This document shows positions 8,469-17,391 of a DNA stretch of 64,000 nt, piece after piece. The stretch is taken from the NCBI GenBank assembly GCA_014729995.1, contig WJIZ01000041.1, positions 10,584 through 74,583 on the forward strand, given 5' to 3'. The notes below the pieces were generated by a model. It was not told where the DNA came from. It saw nothing but the letters and a program-made list of their open reading frames with translations, and ran no database searches. Source of the stretch: Candidatus Woesearchaeota archaeon. Its GTDB lineage: Archaea > Nanobdellota > Nanobdellia > Woesearchaeales > WJIZ01. Both the position numbers and the translations under genes were made by a program. Each line of letters begins with the position of its first letter. The first letter of the stretch is position 1.

Positions 8469-9461
8469 ATGGAAAAATTTGATGTAGTTATAGTCGGCGC
8501 AGGCCCCGCAGGCCTGAAAGCAGCAGAAGTTCTTGCAAAAAATAAGAAAAAAGTCATAGTTCTTGAAAAAAACAAAGTAATAGGTCCCAAGGTATGTGCT
8601 GCAGGCATAACAGAGAAAGACCTGAAATACATACCAAAAAGGCTTATTGAAAGATTTTTTAATTCCTTCCTGGTAAACAACAAGCTCAGAATAAAATACA
8701 ATTTATTTACAATAGAAAGGGAAAAACTGGGCAGGTATCAGCTCAGGCAGGCAAGACAATCAGGCGCAAAAATTCTTAAAGATACTTTTGTTAGGGAAAT
8801 CTCGCAAAAATATGTAGAAACAAGCAAAGGCAGATTTTATTTTAATTATCTTATAGGGGCTGATGGCAGCAATTCGAAAGTGAGAAGTTTTCTGAAATTA
8901 AAATCTGAAGTGTGCTGCCTTGCGATACAGTATAAGATAAATAAAGTGGAAAAAGACATTAAGGTCTTTTTTGATCCTGCGCAGTATTCTTTATGGTACT
9001 TGTGGGTATTCCCGCACAAGGACTATACATATATAGGAGTAGGAGCTTCGATAGGCATGCATATCCATCTGAGAAAGAAATTAGACAGCTTCATGCAGGA
9101 AGAAAACTACAGTGCATCAGACTTTGAAGCTGCATTGATAAATGTCGATTACAGGGGCTATAAGTTCAATAATATTTATCTTGTTGGCGATGCAGCAGGA
9201 TTTGCCAATCCTCTAACCGGCGAAGGAATTTACCAGGCTCTAGTCAGCGGAGAAGAAATAGCAAAAAAGATACTTATTCCAGAATATCATAGCAGAAAAT
9301 TAACAAAAATCATAGCTACAAACAAAAAGCTAAGCAATATAATCGGTTTATTCAAAAATCAACCAAGACTTTTTAAACTTATCTACATGCTCATTTCTAA
9401 ACTAAAAAAGTCTAAGCTCTTACAGAGACATGCAATCGATTTTTTACAATATGAAAAATAA
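8469..9461 (+). CDS. FAD-dependent oxidoreductase, geranylgeranyl reductase family
   Basis: N-terminal FAD fold DVVIVGAGPAG..AA. Overall GGR-like, though shorter than canonical. Confidence 0.7.
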   Translation: MEKFDVVIVGAGPAGLKAAEVLAKNKKKVIVLEKNKVIGPKVCAAGITEKDLKYIPKRLIERFFNSFLVNNKLRIKYNLFTIEREKLGRYQLRQARQSGAKILKDTFVREISQKYVETSKGRFYFNYLIGADGSNSKVRSFLKLKSEVCCLAIQYKINKVEKDIKVFFDPAQYSLWYLWVFPHKDYTYIGVGASIGMHIHLRKKLDSFMQEENYSASDFEAALINVDYRGYKFNNIYLVGDAAGFANPLTGEGIYQALVSGEEIAKKILIPEYHSRKLTKIIATNKKLSNIIGLFKNQPRLFKLIYMLISKLKKSKLLQRHAIDFLQYEK

Positions 9462-10458
9462 AGAATTAAGCGAATGCTGGAATATCTTGCCGAAAGTTTC
9501 TAGAAGCTTCTCTTTATGCATAAAACTACTGCCTCATCCCTTGGATGATCGGATGATGCTTTCTTATCTTATCTTCCGGATTGTGGATACAATAGAGGAT
9601 TCTGAAATAAAAAAACAGCAAAAAAAAAGATTATTTGATCTTTTTCTGGATACTCTCTCGCAGCCCCGCTTTCTTTCATATCAGTCAAAGAAATGCAGCT
9701 CTGCGCTTCTTCAGAATCTCACCTATTCATACGAGGAGATACTATTAAGAAATCTTGATGCAGTATTAAAAGTATATTTTGCCACTCCCGAAAAAGAGAG
9801 AACCTCAATCCTCAGGAGGGCAAAAGAAATGGCTGAAGGAATGTATAAATTCCAGACAAAAACGATCAATACCTTTGATGAACAGAATGAATACTGCTAT
9901 TATGCCGCGGGTCTTGTCGGATATTTATTTAACGACTTATTCTTTTATAATAACATACTCAGCAAAAAGCAAGCAGGCCGCCTGATAGAGCATGCTAAAA
10001 GATATGGATTAGCATTGCAGAAAGTGAATATAATAAGGGATATCGTAAACGATGCTCCAGATAGAAAATATTGGCCGATAAAACTGCTCAAAAAGTATAA
10101 TTTGGATTATAAAAGCCTTCTTCTCACAAAAAACAGGAAGAAAGCAGTAAATGTCCTTAATGAAATGATTAAGGATGCCTTGCCTTTCTTGGACAGCGGC
10201 ATTGATTATGTTAAGGCTTTGCCCAGAAATGCCTTGAAAGTCAGGGTTTTTTGTCTTATCCCTTTATTTATGGCAGTACAGAACTTTGTCAAATGTATTA
10301 ACAACAGGAATGTCTTTGAAAAAAAAGTAAAGCTTACCAGGCCTTCGGTGGCTGCAATAGTAAGAAAATCCTATCTCTGTGGGTATTCAAATTTCCTTTT
10401 GGATAAATGGTATAATAAAAATATGAAGAAAGCTAGGGCATCATTTGCTCCTGCTTAA
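9451..10458 (+). CDS. squalene/phytoene synthase family (head-to-head prenyl condensing enzyme)
   Basis: SRSF motif, YCYYAAGLVG, and NIIRDIVNDAPDRKYWP. Confidence 0.75.
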   Translation: MKNKELSECWNILPKVSRSFSLCIKLLPHPLDDRMMLSYLIFRIVDTIEDSEIKKQQKKRLFDLFLDTLSQPRFLSYQSKKCSSALLQNLTYSYEEILLRNLDAVLKVYFATPEKERTSILRRAKEMAEGMYKFQTKTINTFDEQNEYCYYAAGLVGYLFNDLFFYNNILSKKQAGRLIEHAKRYGLALQKVNIIRDIVNDAPDRKYWPIKLLKKYNLDYKSLLLTKNRKKAVNVLNEMIKDALPFLDSGIDYVKALPRNALKVRVFCLIPLFMAVQNFVKCINNRNVFEKKVKLTRPSVAAIVRKSYLCGYSNFLLDKWYNKNMKKARASFAPA

Positions 10459-11520
10459 CATAAAATCCGCAAAGCCATAAAAGAATTCAAGCGCTTTCTT
10501 GTTGATCTTCGCATCTTTCAGTTCTCTTTTTCCCTTTTCTATTTTTTTCTTTGCCAAATTCTGCACATACTCCAGCGCTCCTGTTTCTTCCATAGCTTTA
10601 ACAACCTTGTCAATCTGTTCTGAAGAAGCATCCTCCTTTCCCAAGACTTTTTTTATCTCTTCTTGCTGCTCCTCACCAGAATTCTCCAGCGCCTTTATTA
10701 TCAGCAAAGTTCTTTTCCCTTTCCTTATATCCTCGCCATACTTATTTTTATGCTCTTTATTAACAGATAATATATCATCCTGCAGTTGAAAAGCAGATGC
10801 TGCTGATTTCGCATATGAGCTAAGTGCTTTAAGCTCCTTTCCTCTAGCATTTCCTAACTTTGCTCCAATCATAATAGAGCTCAAAAAAAGCTCTCCGGTC
10901 TTTTTCCAGCTCATGCTCATGTAGTCTTTTTCATTTATGTCCCTTCTCTCGAAATAATTGTCCATGATCTGGCCCTCATTCACAATCATATAGCATTCAT
11001 TGTAAATTTCCAGCGCTTCCTTAACGCAGCTCTCTCGGAATTCTGAATCAAGGATACATTCGCAGCCCATGGTGAACAGGATATTGCCGCCGCATATTGC
11101 ATTAGCAACAGCAAACCTGGAAGACTCTTTGCTGAATAATGCTCCTTCATACTGCATTTCCCTGTTTTTATCAATGAAATAGTCTCTGAATTTCTTATGC
11201 ATTGTCGGGCTATCCCTCCTATATTCATCTTCATCCATGACATCATCATGAACTAATGTAGCACTATGCAAAAATTCAACACACAAACCTGCCTTTTTTA
11301 TTCTTCCATCAATTTTTCCGGTAACAGCAAAATATCCCATAATCAAGGCAATTGGCCTGAGCCTTTTCCCGCCGCATAGGACATAATCCTTCATATATGA
11401 ATAGCTTAATCTAATGAATTCATCAGAGCAATTTTTGATTCTACCATCTAAATAAAGATTTAATTCACTGTCAACAATTTTTCTGTATTTTTCCAGCACA
11501 GATTTAAATGACATTTTCAA
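10441..11520 (-). CDS. idsA: polyprenyl (geranylgeranyl) diphosphate synthase
   Basis: GGKRLRP, first DDxxD in LVHDDVMDEDEYRR, second in LQDDILS. Confidence 0.8.
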   Translation of the reverse strand: MKMSFKSVLEKYRKIVDSELNLYLDGRIKNCSDEFIRLSYSYMKDYVLCGGKRLRPIALIMGYFAVTGKIDGRIKKAGLCVEFLHSATLVHDDVMDEDEYRRDSPTMHKKFRDYFIDKNREMQYEGALFSKESSRFAVANAICGGNILFTMGCECILDSEFRESCVKEALEIYNECYMIVNEGQIMDNYFERRDINEKDYMSMSWKKTGELFLSSIMIGAKLGNARGKELKALSSYAKSAASAFQLQDDILSVNKEHKNKYGEDIRKGKRTLLIIKALENSGEEQQEEIKKVLGKEDASSEQIDKVVKAMEETGALEYVQNLAKKKIEKGKRELKDAKINKKALEFFYGFADFMLSRSK

Positions 11521-13135
11521 TACGTTGGACTACTTTGCTGATTATTCTGTCAGGAGTGCTTGCTCCTGCCGTTATACCAATATTTTCCTTGTCAAAAAAC
11601 CATTCGCTCCTTATCTCTTTTTCTGTTTCTATATGCCTTGTTTCGCAGTACTGCGAGCATGTCTCTTTTAGTCTTTTGGTATTGGAGCTTATCTTGCCTC
11701 CTATCACAATCATTATGTGGCTCTTCTTTGCCAGGGCTATAGCACTCTCCTGCCGGTTCTTTGTTGCTGCACAAATAGTATCGATTACTCTAATATCCTT
11801 CCCCCTTTTTTTCAAGGCATTAGAAATTTCACTGAATTTCTCAACAGAGCGAGTAGTCTGAGATACAACAGTTGAGCATTCTAAATCCTGTTTGTCAATA
11901 TTTTGTATATCACTGATTATACTGTAATTATGAAGATTTCCCGCTATTCCCTTGACCTCAGTGTGCTCTTCATCTCCAAAAATCAATATCTTTCTGCCTT
12001 TCTTTTCCTCTTTCTTGGTAATTTCATGCACTTTCTTCACAAGGGGGCAGGTAAGGTCGATAACTTTAAGGCCTTTACTCTTGATATCCTGTATCCTGCT
12101 GTCTTTTATCCCGTGTGCAGTTATGACAATTATGCCTTTGTCAATGCCCCTGTAAGCATCTATCATGCTGACCCCTTGCTCCTCAAGCTCTTTGACAACA
12201 GTGGGATTGTTGATCAGATTGCCCAGAACATAAACTCCTTTAGTCTTATCGAGCTTATTTATTTCATCAATCGCTCTCTTGACCCCAAAACAAAATCCCA
12301 TCTCATGGGCAAGCTCAATTTTTTTATTCAAAGTTGAAGACAGATAAGCTTTGGGATATTTCTGCTTTGCTTTTTCATAAATTTCTTCTGCCTTTTCCTC
12401 TTCTAAAAACAAGCCAAAAACCGAGCTCCCGCTTCCCGTCAATAGAGAATCCGGGCCAAGTTCTTTTCTAATCTTTTCCAAACCGGAATATTTGCTGGAG
12501 CTACTAAATTCAAAATCATTATGCAGATACTGTAAATCATAATCCTTTATGAATTTTTCAGAACTGTTGCTTTTTCCAGTCTTAGAATAATCAAGCGCTG
12601 AATAAGCTTCTTTTGTGCTCACATGAATGCCCGGATAAACCAAAACAGCATAGTGCTTCTCCAAGTCCTTTAGCTTCTCTACTTTCTCTCCCCTGCCTTT
12701 CCCTATGCATGTCCCCCCCAATATATGAAAAGGGACGTCCATGCCTATCTCTTTTCCCAGGCTGGCAAGCTTTTTCTTTGGCAGTTTCAGGCCCCAGAGA
12801 ACATTCAGCCCCTTAAGCACAGCTGCAGCATTGGAACTTCCTCCTGAAAGCCCCGCACCAACAGGAATATTCTTTTTGAGCTTTATCTCAACACCTTTTT
12901 CAACATTGAATTTCGCCTTCAGCAAGGAAGCAGCACGGTAAGCAATATTATCCTCATTCTCTAATTCCCTTGCACTGCATTCAAGCTTAATCCTGTCTGA
13001 ATCCAGCCTAACCAATTCAATCTCATCAAATAGGCTTATCTGCTGGAAAACAGTCTCTATATCATGGAATCCGTCATCCCGCTTTCCCAGTATATCCAGT
13101 GTAAGATTGATTTTAGCGTAGCTTTTAAGTTTCAT
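11504..13135 (-). CDS. ispEH: fused IspE-IspH: 4-diphosphocytidyl-2-C-methyl-D-erythritol kinase fused to 4-hydroxy-3-methylbut-2-enyl diphosphate reductase
   Basis: N-terminal GHMP kinase (KINLTLDILGKRDDGFHDIETVF, PVGAGLSGGSSNAAAV, GSGSSVFGLF). C-terminal LytB/IspH (GFCFGVKRAI, TCPLV, VVSQTT, ICAATKNRQ with the three cluster Cys). Confidence 0.85.
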   Translation of the reverse strand: MKLKSYAKINLTLDILGKRDDGFHDIETVFQQISLFDEIELVRLDSDRIKLECSARELENEDNIAYRAASLLKAKFNVEKGVEIKLKKNIPVGAGLSGGSSNAAAVLKGLNVLWGLKLPKKKLASLGKEIGMDVPFHILGGTCIGKGRGEKVEKLKDLEKHYAVLVYPGIHVSTKEAYSALDYSKTGKSNSSEKFIKDYDLQYLHNDFEFSSSSKYSGLEKIRKELGPDSLLTGSGSSVFGLFLEEEKAEEIYEKAKQKYPKAYLSSTLNKKIELAHEMGFCFGVKRAIDEINKLDKTKGVYVLGNLINNPTVVKELEEQGVSMIDAYRGIDKGIIVITAHGIKDSRIQDIKSKGLKVIDLTCPLVKKVHEITKKEEKKGRKILIFGDEEHTEVKGIAGNLHNYSIISDIQNIDKQDLECSTVVSQTTRSVEKFSEISNALKKRGKDIRVIDTICAATKNRQESAIALAKKSHIMIVIGGKISSNTKRLKETCSQYCETRHIETEKEIRSEWFFDKENIGITAGASTPDRIISKVVQRIENVI

Positions 13136-13184
13136 CCGGAAGAGATATTATAGAATCCTTTTTAATTTTTATTAAAAAGAAAAA

Positions 13185-13373
13185 TTATTTCTTCACATTA
13201 GCTGCCTTTGGTCCCCTATCGCCCTGCTCAACATCAAATTCAACTTCATCATTATCATCCAGTGTAACGCCCTCTGGAAGGGCTGTCTGGTGGACAAAGT
13301 ATTCCTTTCCGTCTTCGCCGGCTATGAAGCCAAAACCCTTCATTCTGTTGAAGAATTTTACATTGCCTTTCAT
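13185..13373 (-). CDS. csp: cold-shock protein (CspA family, OB fold)
   Basis: KGNVKFFN..KGFGFI and the RNP motif FVHQTAL. Confidence 0.8.
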   Translation of the reverse strand: MKGNVKFFNRMKGFGFIAGEDGKEYFVHQTALPEGVTLDDNDEVEFDVEQGDRGPKAANVKK

Positions 13374-13463
13374 TTATTTTGCCTCCTGTAATTTTTATCA
13401 GAACTAGTTTACTTAACAGTTACTGATTATAGGGGGATGATATGCTGCCATATATAAATTCTC

Positions 13464-14630
13464 CTATTTTTTATTCAGGCTGACAACACAAAAGCACTGC
13501 ATTCCAAGCCCCTTGCCAAATGCGGAAAGGCCCTCCCCTGTTGTCGCGGTTACCCCTATATTCTCTTCGGAAATATCCAAGATCCCGGCAAGGCTTTCCT
13601 TTATCTTGTCCTCAATAGGCAGTATCCTGGGCCTGCTCCCCTCCAGCATTATCCCTATATTCCCTATAGAATATCCTCTCTCTTTCATTATTTTCAATAT
13701 TACTTTCAAATATTCCCTGCTGTCCTTAATCCCCTTTTCGCACATATCATCTGCATAATGCGAGACGCTTTTCTCACCCAGCCCCTGTGCAACAGCGTTG
13801 AACAATGCATGCAATATAACATCTCCGTCGGAATTGGCTTTGAAGCCTTTCTCGCCTTCAACAGCAAAGCCGCCAAGCGTCAGCTTCTTGTCTTTATCCT
13901 CCTCCTTTACAAACCTGTGGCTGTCTGAGCCGAATCCAATCCTCGAATTCTTGAGCAGTTTATTCGCGAATTCCAAATCATTAGGCAGCGTTATCTTGAT
14001 ATTTTCATAAGGGCATTCAATCATCTTGACCTTTTTACCCAGCCTTTCAACAAGTGAAGTGTCATCCGTACCAATATACTCTTCAGAAAAAGCCTTCTTA
14101 AAAGCCCTGATTGCAGTCCCATACCTTATCGTCTGCGGGGTCTGTACCTGCCACAATTTCTTCCTGTCGATTGTTCGAATAACAAACCCTTTCTCATCAA
14201 CTTCCTTGACAGTATCCCTTGCCTTAAAACCGACAACAGCTGCCTCGTATTTCTTAGCAGCTTCGATTGAGTCAATTATAGTTTTCTCGTCAATAAATGG
14301 GTTTACCCCATTATGAATAACAACGATGTCATCAGCCTTAGCATCTTCCATGGAAATCAGCCCATTATAAACAGAATTCTGCCTTTTCTCCCCTCCCAGA
14401 ACAACTTTTTCCACCTTATTCAATTGATATTTCTTCTTTAAAGCAGCTGTCTCATCTTTATCCTCCTGCCTGGCAACAAGTACGATTTTGTCTATAGCGC
14501 CCGTATCATTAAACACCTTTATTGTGCGGGCCAACACCGGCTCCTCATCCAATAAAAGAAATATTTTGTTCACCTCAGAATTCATCCTCTTGCCGATTCC
14601 GGCTGCAGTTATTAAGGCATAGTTAGTCAT
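13464..14630 (-). CDS. ispDF: bifunctional IspD/IspF: MEP cytidylyltransferase fused to MEcPP synthase
   Basis: N-terminal ITAAGIGKRM (IspD). C-terminal RIGFGSDSHRF..GHSDGDV (IspF). Confidence 0.85.
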   Translation of the reverse strand: MTNYALITAAGIGKRMNSEVNKIFLLLDEEPVLARTIKVFNDTGAIDKIVLVARQEDKDETAALKKKYQLNKVEKVVLGGEKRQNSVYNGLISMEDAKADDIVVIHNGVNPFIDEKTIIDSIEAAKKYEAAVVGFKARDTVKEVDEKGFVIRTIDRKKLWQVQTPQTIRYGTAIRAFKKAFSEEYIGTDDTSLVERLGKKVKMIECPYENIKITLPNDLEFANKLLKNSRIGFGSDSHRFVKEEDKDKKLTLGGFAVEGEKGFKANSDGDVILHALFNAVAQGLGEKSVSHYADDMCEKGIKDSREYLKVILKIMKERGYSIGNIGIMLEGSRPRILPIEDKIKESLAGILDISEENIGVTATTGEGLSAFGKGLGMQCFCVVSLNKK

Positions 14631-14862
14631 TTTTACCTTCTACCATCTTTTTTATTGCTTCCTCTACTTTAGCGCTCATATTGAAGCCATGATTTCTGCA
14701 AAATTTTCTAAACTTACTTGCAACACCTTTATCCAAGGTGAAATTAAGCCTTTCTTTTGTTCTTATCCTTCCTGTTTTTTCAAACTCTACCAGGGCATCC
14801 AGCATATCTTTATCCTGTTTTGCCACTCTGTCTGCAATTCTCATAAACCTACTTGATGACAT
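14623..14862 (-). CDS. ribbon-helix-helix (CopG-like) small protein, putative antitoxin partner of Doc
   Basis: 79 aa. RHH-like LNFTLDKGVASKFRKFCRNHGFNMSAKVEEAI. Overlaps the doc stop by 14 nt. Confidence 0.4.
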   Translation of the reverse strand: MSSSRFMRIADRVAKQDKDMLDALVEFEKTGRIRTKERLNFTLDKGVASKFRKFCRNHGFNMSAKVEEAIKKMVEGKND

Positions 14863-15193
14863 TTTTTATTTTCTCTTCTATTCTTTTTATGCTTTTTATT
14901 CTGTTTGTAGCAATATCAGCAACTAGCTTAACTACTTTATCTTTGTAAGCTTCATACCCTTCATATTCAATATAAGACTTAATCAACAATGCAGTTGTTC
15001 TTTTATTGCCGTCCTCGAAAACATGATCTAAATTTATAGCCCTGACCGCATAGGCTAATGCCTTAATCCAATTTTCTGTTCTTCTGGCGTAACTCAATGC
15101 AAAATCCAGGCTTTGCTCATTCCTAAAGCAAGTGTGCTCTTTAATTTTCTGGTTTAATGCAAAAATGTCTTTCTTTGTAAGGGTAAATTTCAT
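14849..15193 (-). CDS. doc: Doc (death-on-curing) / Fic-domain toxin
   Basis: Fic/Doc motif HVFEDGNKRTTALL. 114 aa. Confidence 0.7.
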   Translation of the reverse strand: MKFTLTKKDIFALNQKIKEHTCFRNEQSLDFALSYARRTENWIKALAYAVRAINLDHVFEDGNKRTTALLIKSYIEYEGYEAYKDKVVKLVADIATNRIKSIKRIEEKIKNVIK

Positions 15194-15221
15194 TTAAGTG
15201 TGTATAAATGTGTATTGATAT

Positions 15222-16352
15222 TTAAATTTTTCCTATATCCTTGACTTTTACTTTTCTGTTAATTTCCAATATCTCATCCAGCCCAGGATTTTTAATAATT
15301 TTATGTTCATCCATCGCTTCTTTAACCAATCTGGGAATATCCATAAATCCTATCTTGCCTTCCAGAAAGGCGCCGACAGCTATCTCATTTGCAGCATTCA
15401 TCACAGCAGGCATGCTCCCTCCCGTCTTGCCTGCAGAATAAGCATAAGAAAGACAGGGAAAACGAGATAAATCAGGCTTGGAAAAATTCAACTCACCTAC
15501 TTCAACCAGATCTAAACTCTTCAGATTATTAGATAAACGAAAAGGATGCGACAAAGCATATTGTATCGGAATCTTCATGTCAGGCCAGCCAAGCTGCGCT
15601 TTAACAGAAGTATCCTTAAACTCAACAAGTGAATGTATTATCGACTGAGGATGTATGACAACATCAATATTATCATAAGCAACACCAAAAAGATAGTGCG
15701 CCTCAATCACTTCAAGGCCCTTATTCATCAAACTAGCAGAGTCAATAGTTATCTTAGCCCCCATATTCCAGTTAGGGTGCTTAAGTGCATCAGCAGCTTT
15801 TAAGTTATTTATCTCCTCAATGCTTTTGTCCCTGAAAGCACCGCCTGAGCATGTAATAATCAATTTTTTAACATCCTCTTTCCTTTCTCCGTTCAGGCAT
15901 TGGAATATTGCACTATGTTCAGAATCAATAGGCTTCAGCTCTGCATTATTCTTCTCAACCAGCTCCATAACTATATCTCCTGCTGTTACTAAAGTCTCTT
16001 TATTCGCCAAAGCAATATTCTTCTTTGCCTTGATAGCTTCAACAGTCGGCTTTACTCCAATGCTTCCAACGAGAGAATTCAGAATAGTATCCGTGCTTTC
16101 CAGCTTAGCCAGTTTAATCAATCCATCCATGCCCGAATAAACAGGAATATCTAATGATACAGAATCAGCTTTATCTTTATCATAAACGCAGGCTGCTTCC
16201 GGCTTAAATTCCCCTATTTGTTTTTTTAATAAGGAAATATTGGAATTGCAAGCCAGTCCTTTAACCTTAAACTCAGAAGGATTATTTCTAATAACTTCCA
16301 GCGCCTGCGTTCCTATGCTTCCGGTGCTGCCTAAAATTGAAATATTCTTCAT
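15222..16352 (-). CDS. dxr: 1-deoxy-D-xylulose 5-phosphate reductoisomerase
   Basis: ILGSTGSIGTQALEV and the conserved C-terminal domain. Confidence 0.9.
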   Translation of the reverse strand: MKNISILGSTGSIGTQALEVIRNNPSEFKVKGLACNSNISLLKKQIGEFKPEAACVYDKDKADSVSLDIPVYSGMDGLIKLAKLESTDTILNSLVGSIGVKPTVEAIKAKKNIALANKETLVTAGDIVMELVEKNNAELKPIDSEHSAIFQCLNGERKEDVKKLIITCSGGAFRDKSIEEINNLKAADALKHPNWNMGAKITIDSASLMNKGLEVIEAHYLFGVAYDNIDVVIHPQSIIHSLVEFKDTSVKAQLGWPDMKIPIQYALSHPFRLSNNLKSLDLVEVGELNFSKPDLSRFPCLSYAYSAGKTGGSMPAVMNAANEIAVGAFLEGKIGFMDIPRLVKEAMDEHKIIKNPGLDEILEINRKVKVKDIGKI

Positions 16353-17386
16353 TTCATAATCTCCTTCAAAACCCTATCAACAACCTTATCCTTCCCAATC
16401 TTTCCTTTCTTCTCCCTATCAATATAGAGCAAAGCCCCATCCTTCCCCCCAACAACTCCAATATCAGATTCCTTAGCCTCTCCGGGCCCGTTAACAGCGC
16501 AGCCCATGACAGCAACTTTAACAGCTTTCTTAACATTGGCAGTTTTTCTTTCAATCTCCTCACATATAGAGGCAACGTCAATGTTAGACCTTGCGCAGGT
16601 CGGGCACGCAGTAACTTTAACTCCTCCTTGCCGCAAATCAAGGGCCTCTAAGATTTTCCAGCCCGCTTTTACTTCCTCTACAGGATCGCCGGAAAGCGAA
16701 ACCCGGATAGTATTCCCAATTCCCTCTTCAAGCAGGATTCCAATTCCAACAGCATTTTTGATTGTTCCGGTATAAACGCTTCCCGCTTCAGTAACTCCCA
16801 GATGCAGGGGATAGCTAAACCTTTTAGCAAAAATCCTGTTTGCCTCTATCATCTTATGCACATCACTTGCCTTTAGAGAAACAATAATATCAAAGAAATC
16901 ATTATCTTCTAATATCCTGATGTGGCGCGAAGCACTTTCCACCATGGCGCTGGCGGTTAACCCCAATTTTGCCTCAATATCCTTTTCAAGGCTTCCTAAA
17001 TTAACCCCTATGCGAATTGGAATCCTCCTTTCTTTGCAGGCCTTGGCAACTTCTTTTATCTTTTCCCTGCTCCCAATATTCCCTGGATTTATCCTTAACT
17101 TATCAGCATGCATGGCAGCTTCCAAGGCTATCCTGTAATCAAAATGCACATCTGCAGCCAGGGGGATATTTATCCCTTTCTTAATCTCCTTTAACGCTTT
17201 GGCGCTCTCCATATCCGGGGCCGAAACCCTTACAAGCTCGCATCCTGCTTTCTCAAGAGAACGAATCTGCCTTACAGTCGCTCCGGTATCCTTAGTATCT
17301 GTGTTTGTCATGCTCTGTACACTAATGGGAGCATTTCCCCCAATATGCATACTGCCAACTTTGATTTTTTTTGTTTTCATAGGCAA
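16349..17386 (-). CDS. ispG: HMBPP synthase IspG/GcpE
   Basis: GGNAPISVQSMTNT, CPTCAR, and MGCAVNGPGE. Confidence 0.9.
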   Translation of the reverse strand: MPMKTKKIKVGSMHIGGNAPISVQSMTNTDTKDTGATVRQIRSLEKAGCELVRVSAPDMESAKALKEIKKGINIPLAADVHFDYRIALEAAMHADKLRINPGNIGSREKIKEVAKACKERRIPIRIGVNLGSLEKDIEAKLGLTASAMVESASRHIRILEDNDFFDIIVSLKASDVHKMIEANRIFAKRFSYPLHLGVTEAGSVYTGTIKNAVGIGILLEEGIGNTIRVSLSGDPVEEVKAGWKILEALDLRQGGVKVTACPTCARSNIDVASICEEIERKTANVKKAVKVAVMGCAVNGPGEAKESDIGVVGGKDGALLYIDREKKGKIGKDKVVDRVLKEIMK

Positions 17387-17391
17387 GCTTT

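Noticed and set aside
10986-13135. Multiple 60-140-aa ORFs on the plus strand within ispEH and idsA (e.g. 11508..11861, 11903..12337)
   Set aside because: Antisense to genes with complete catalytic motifs.
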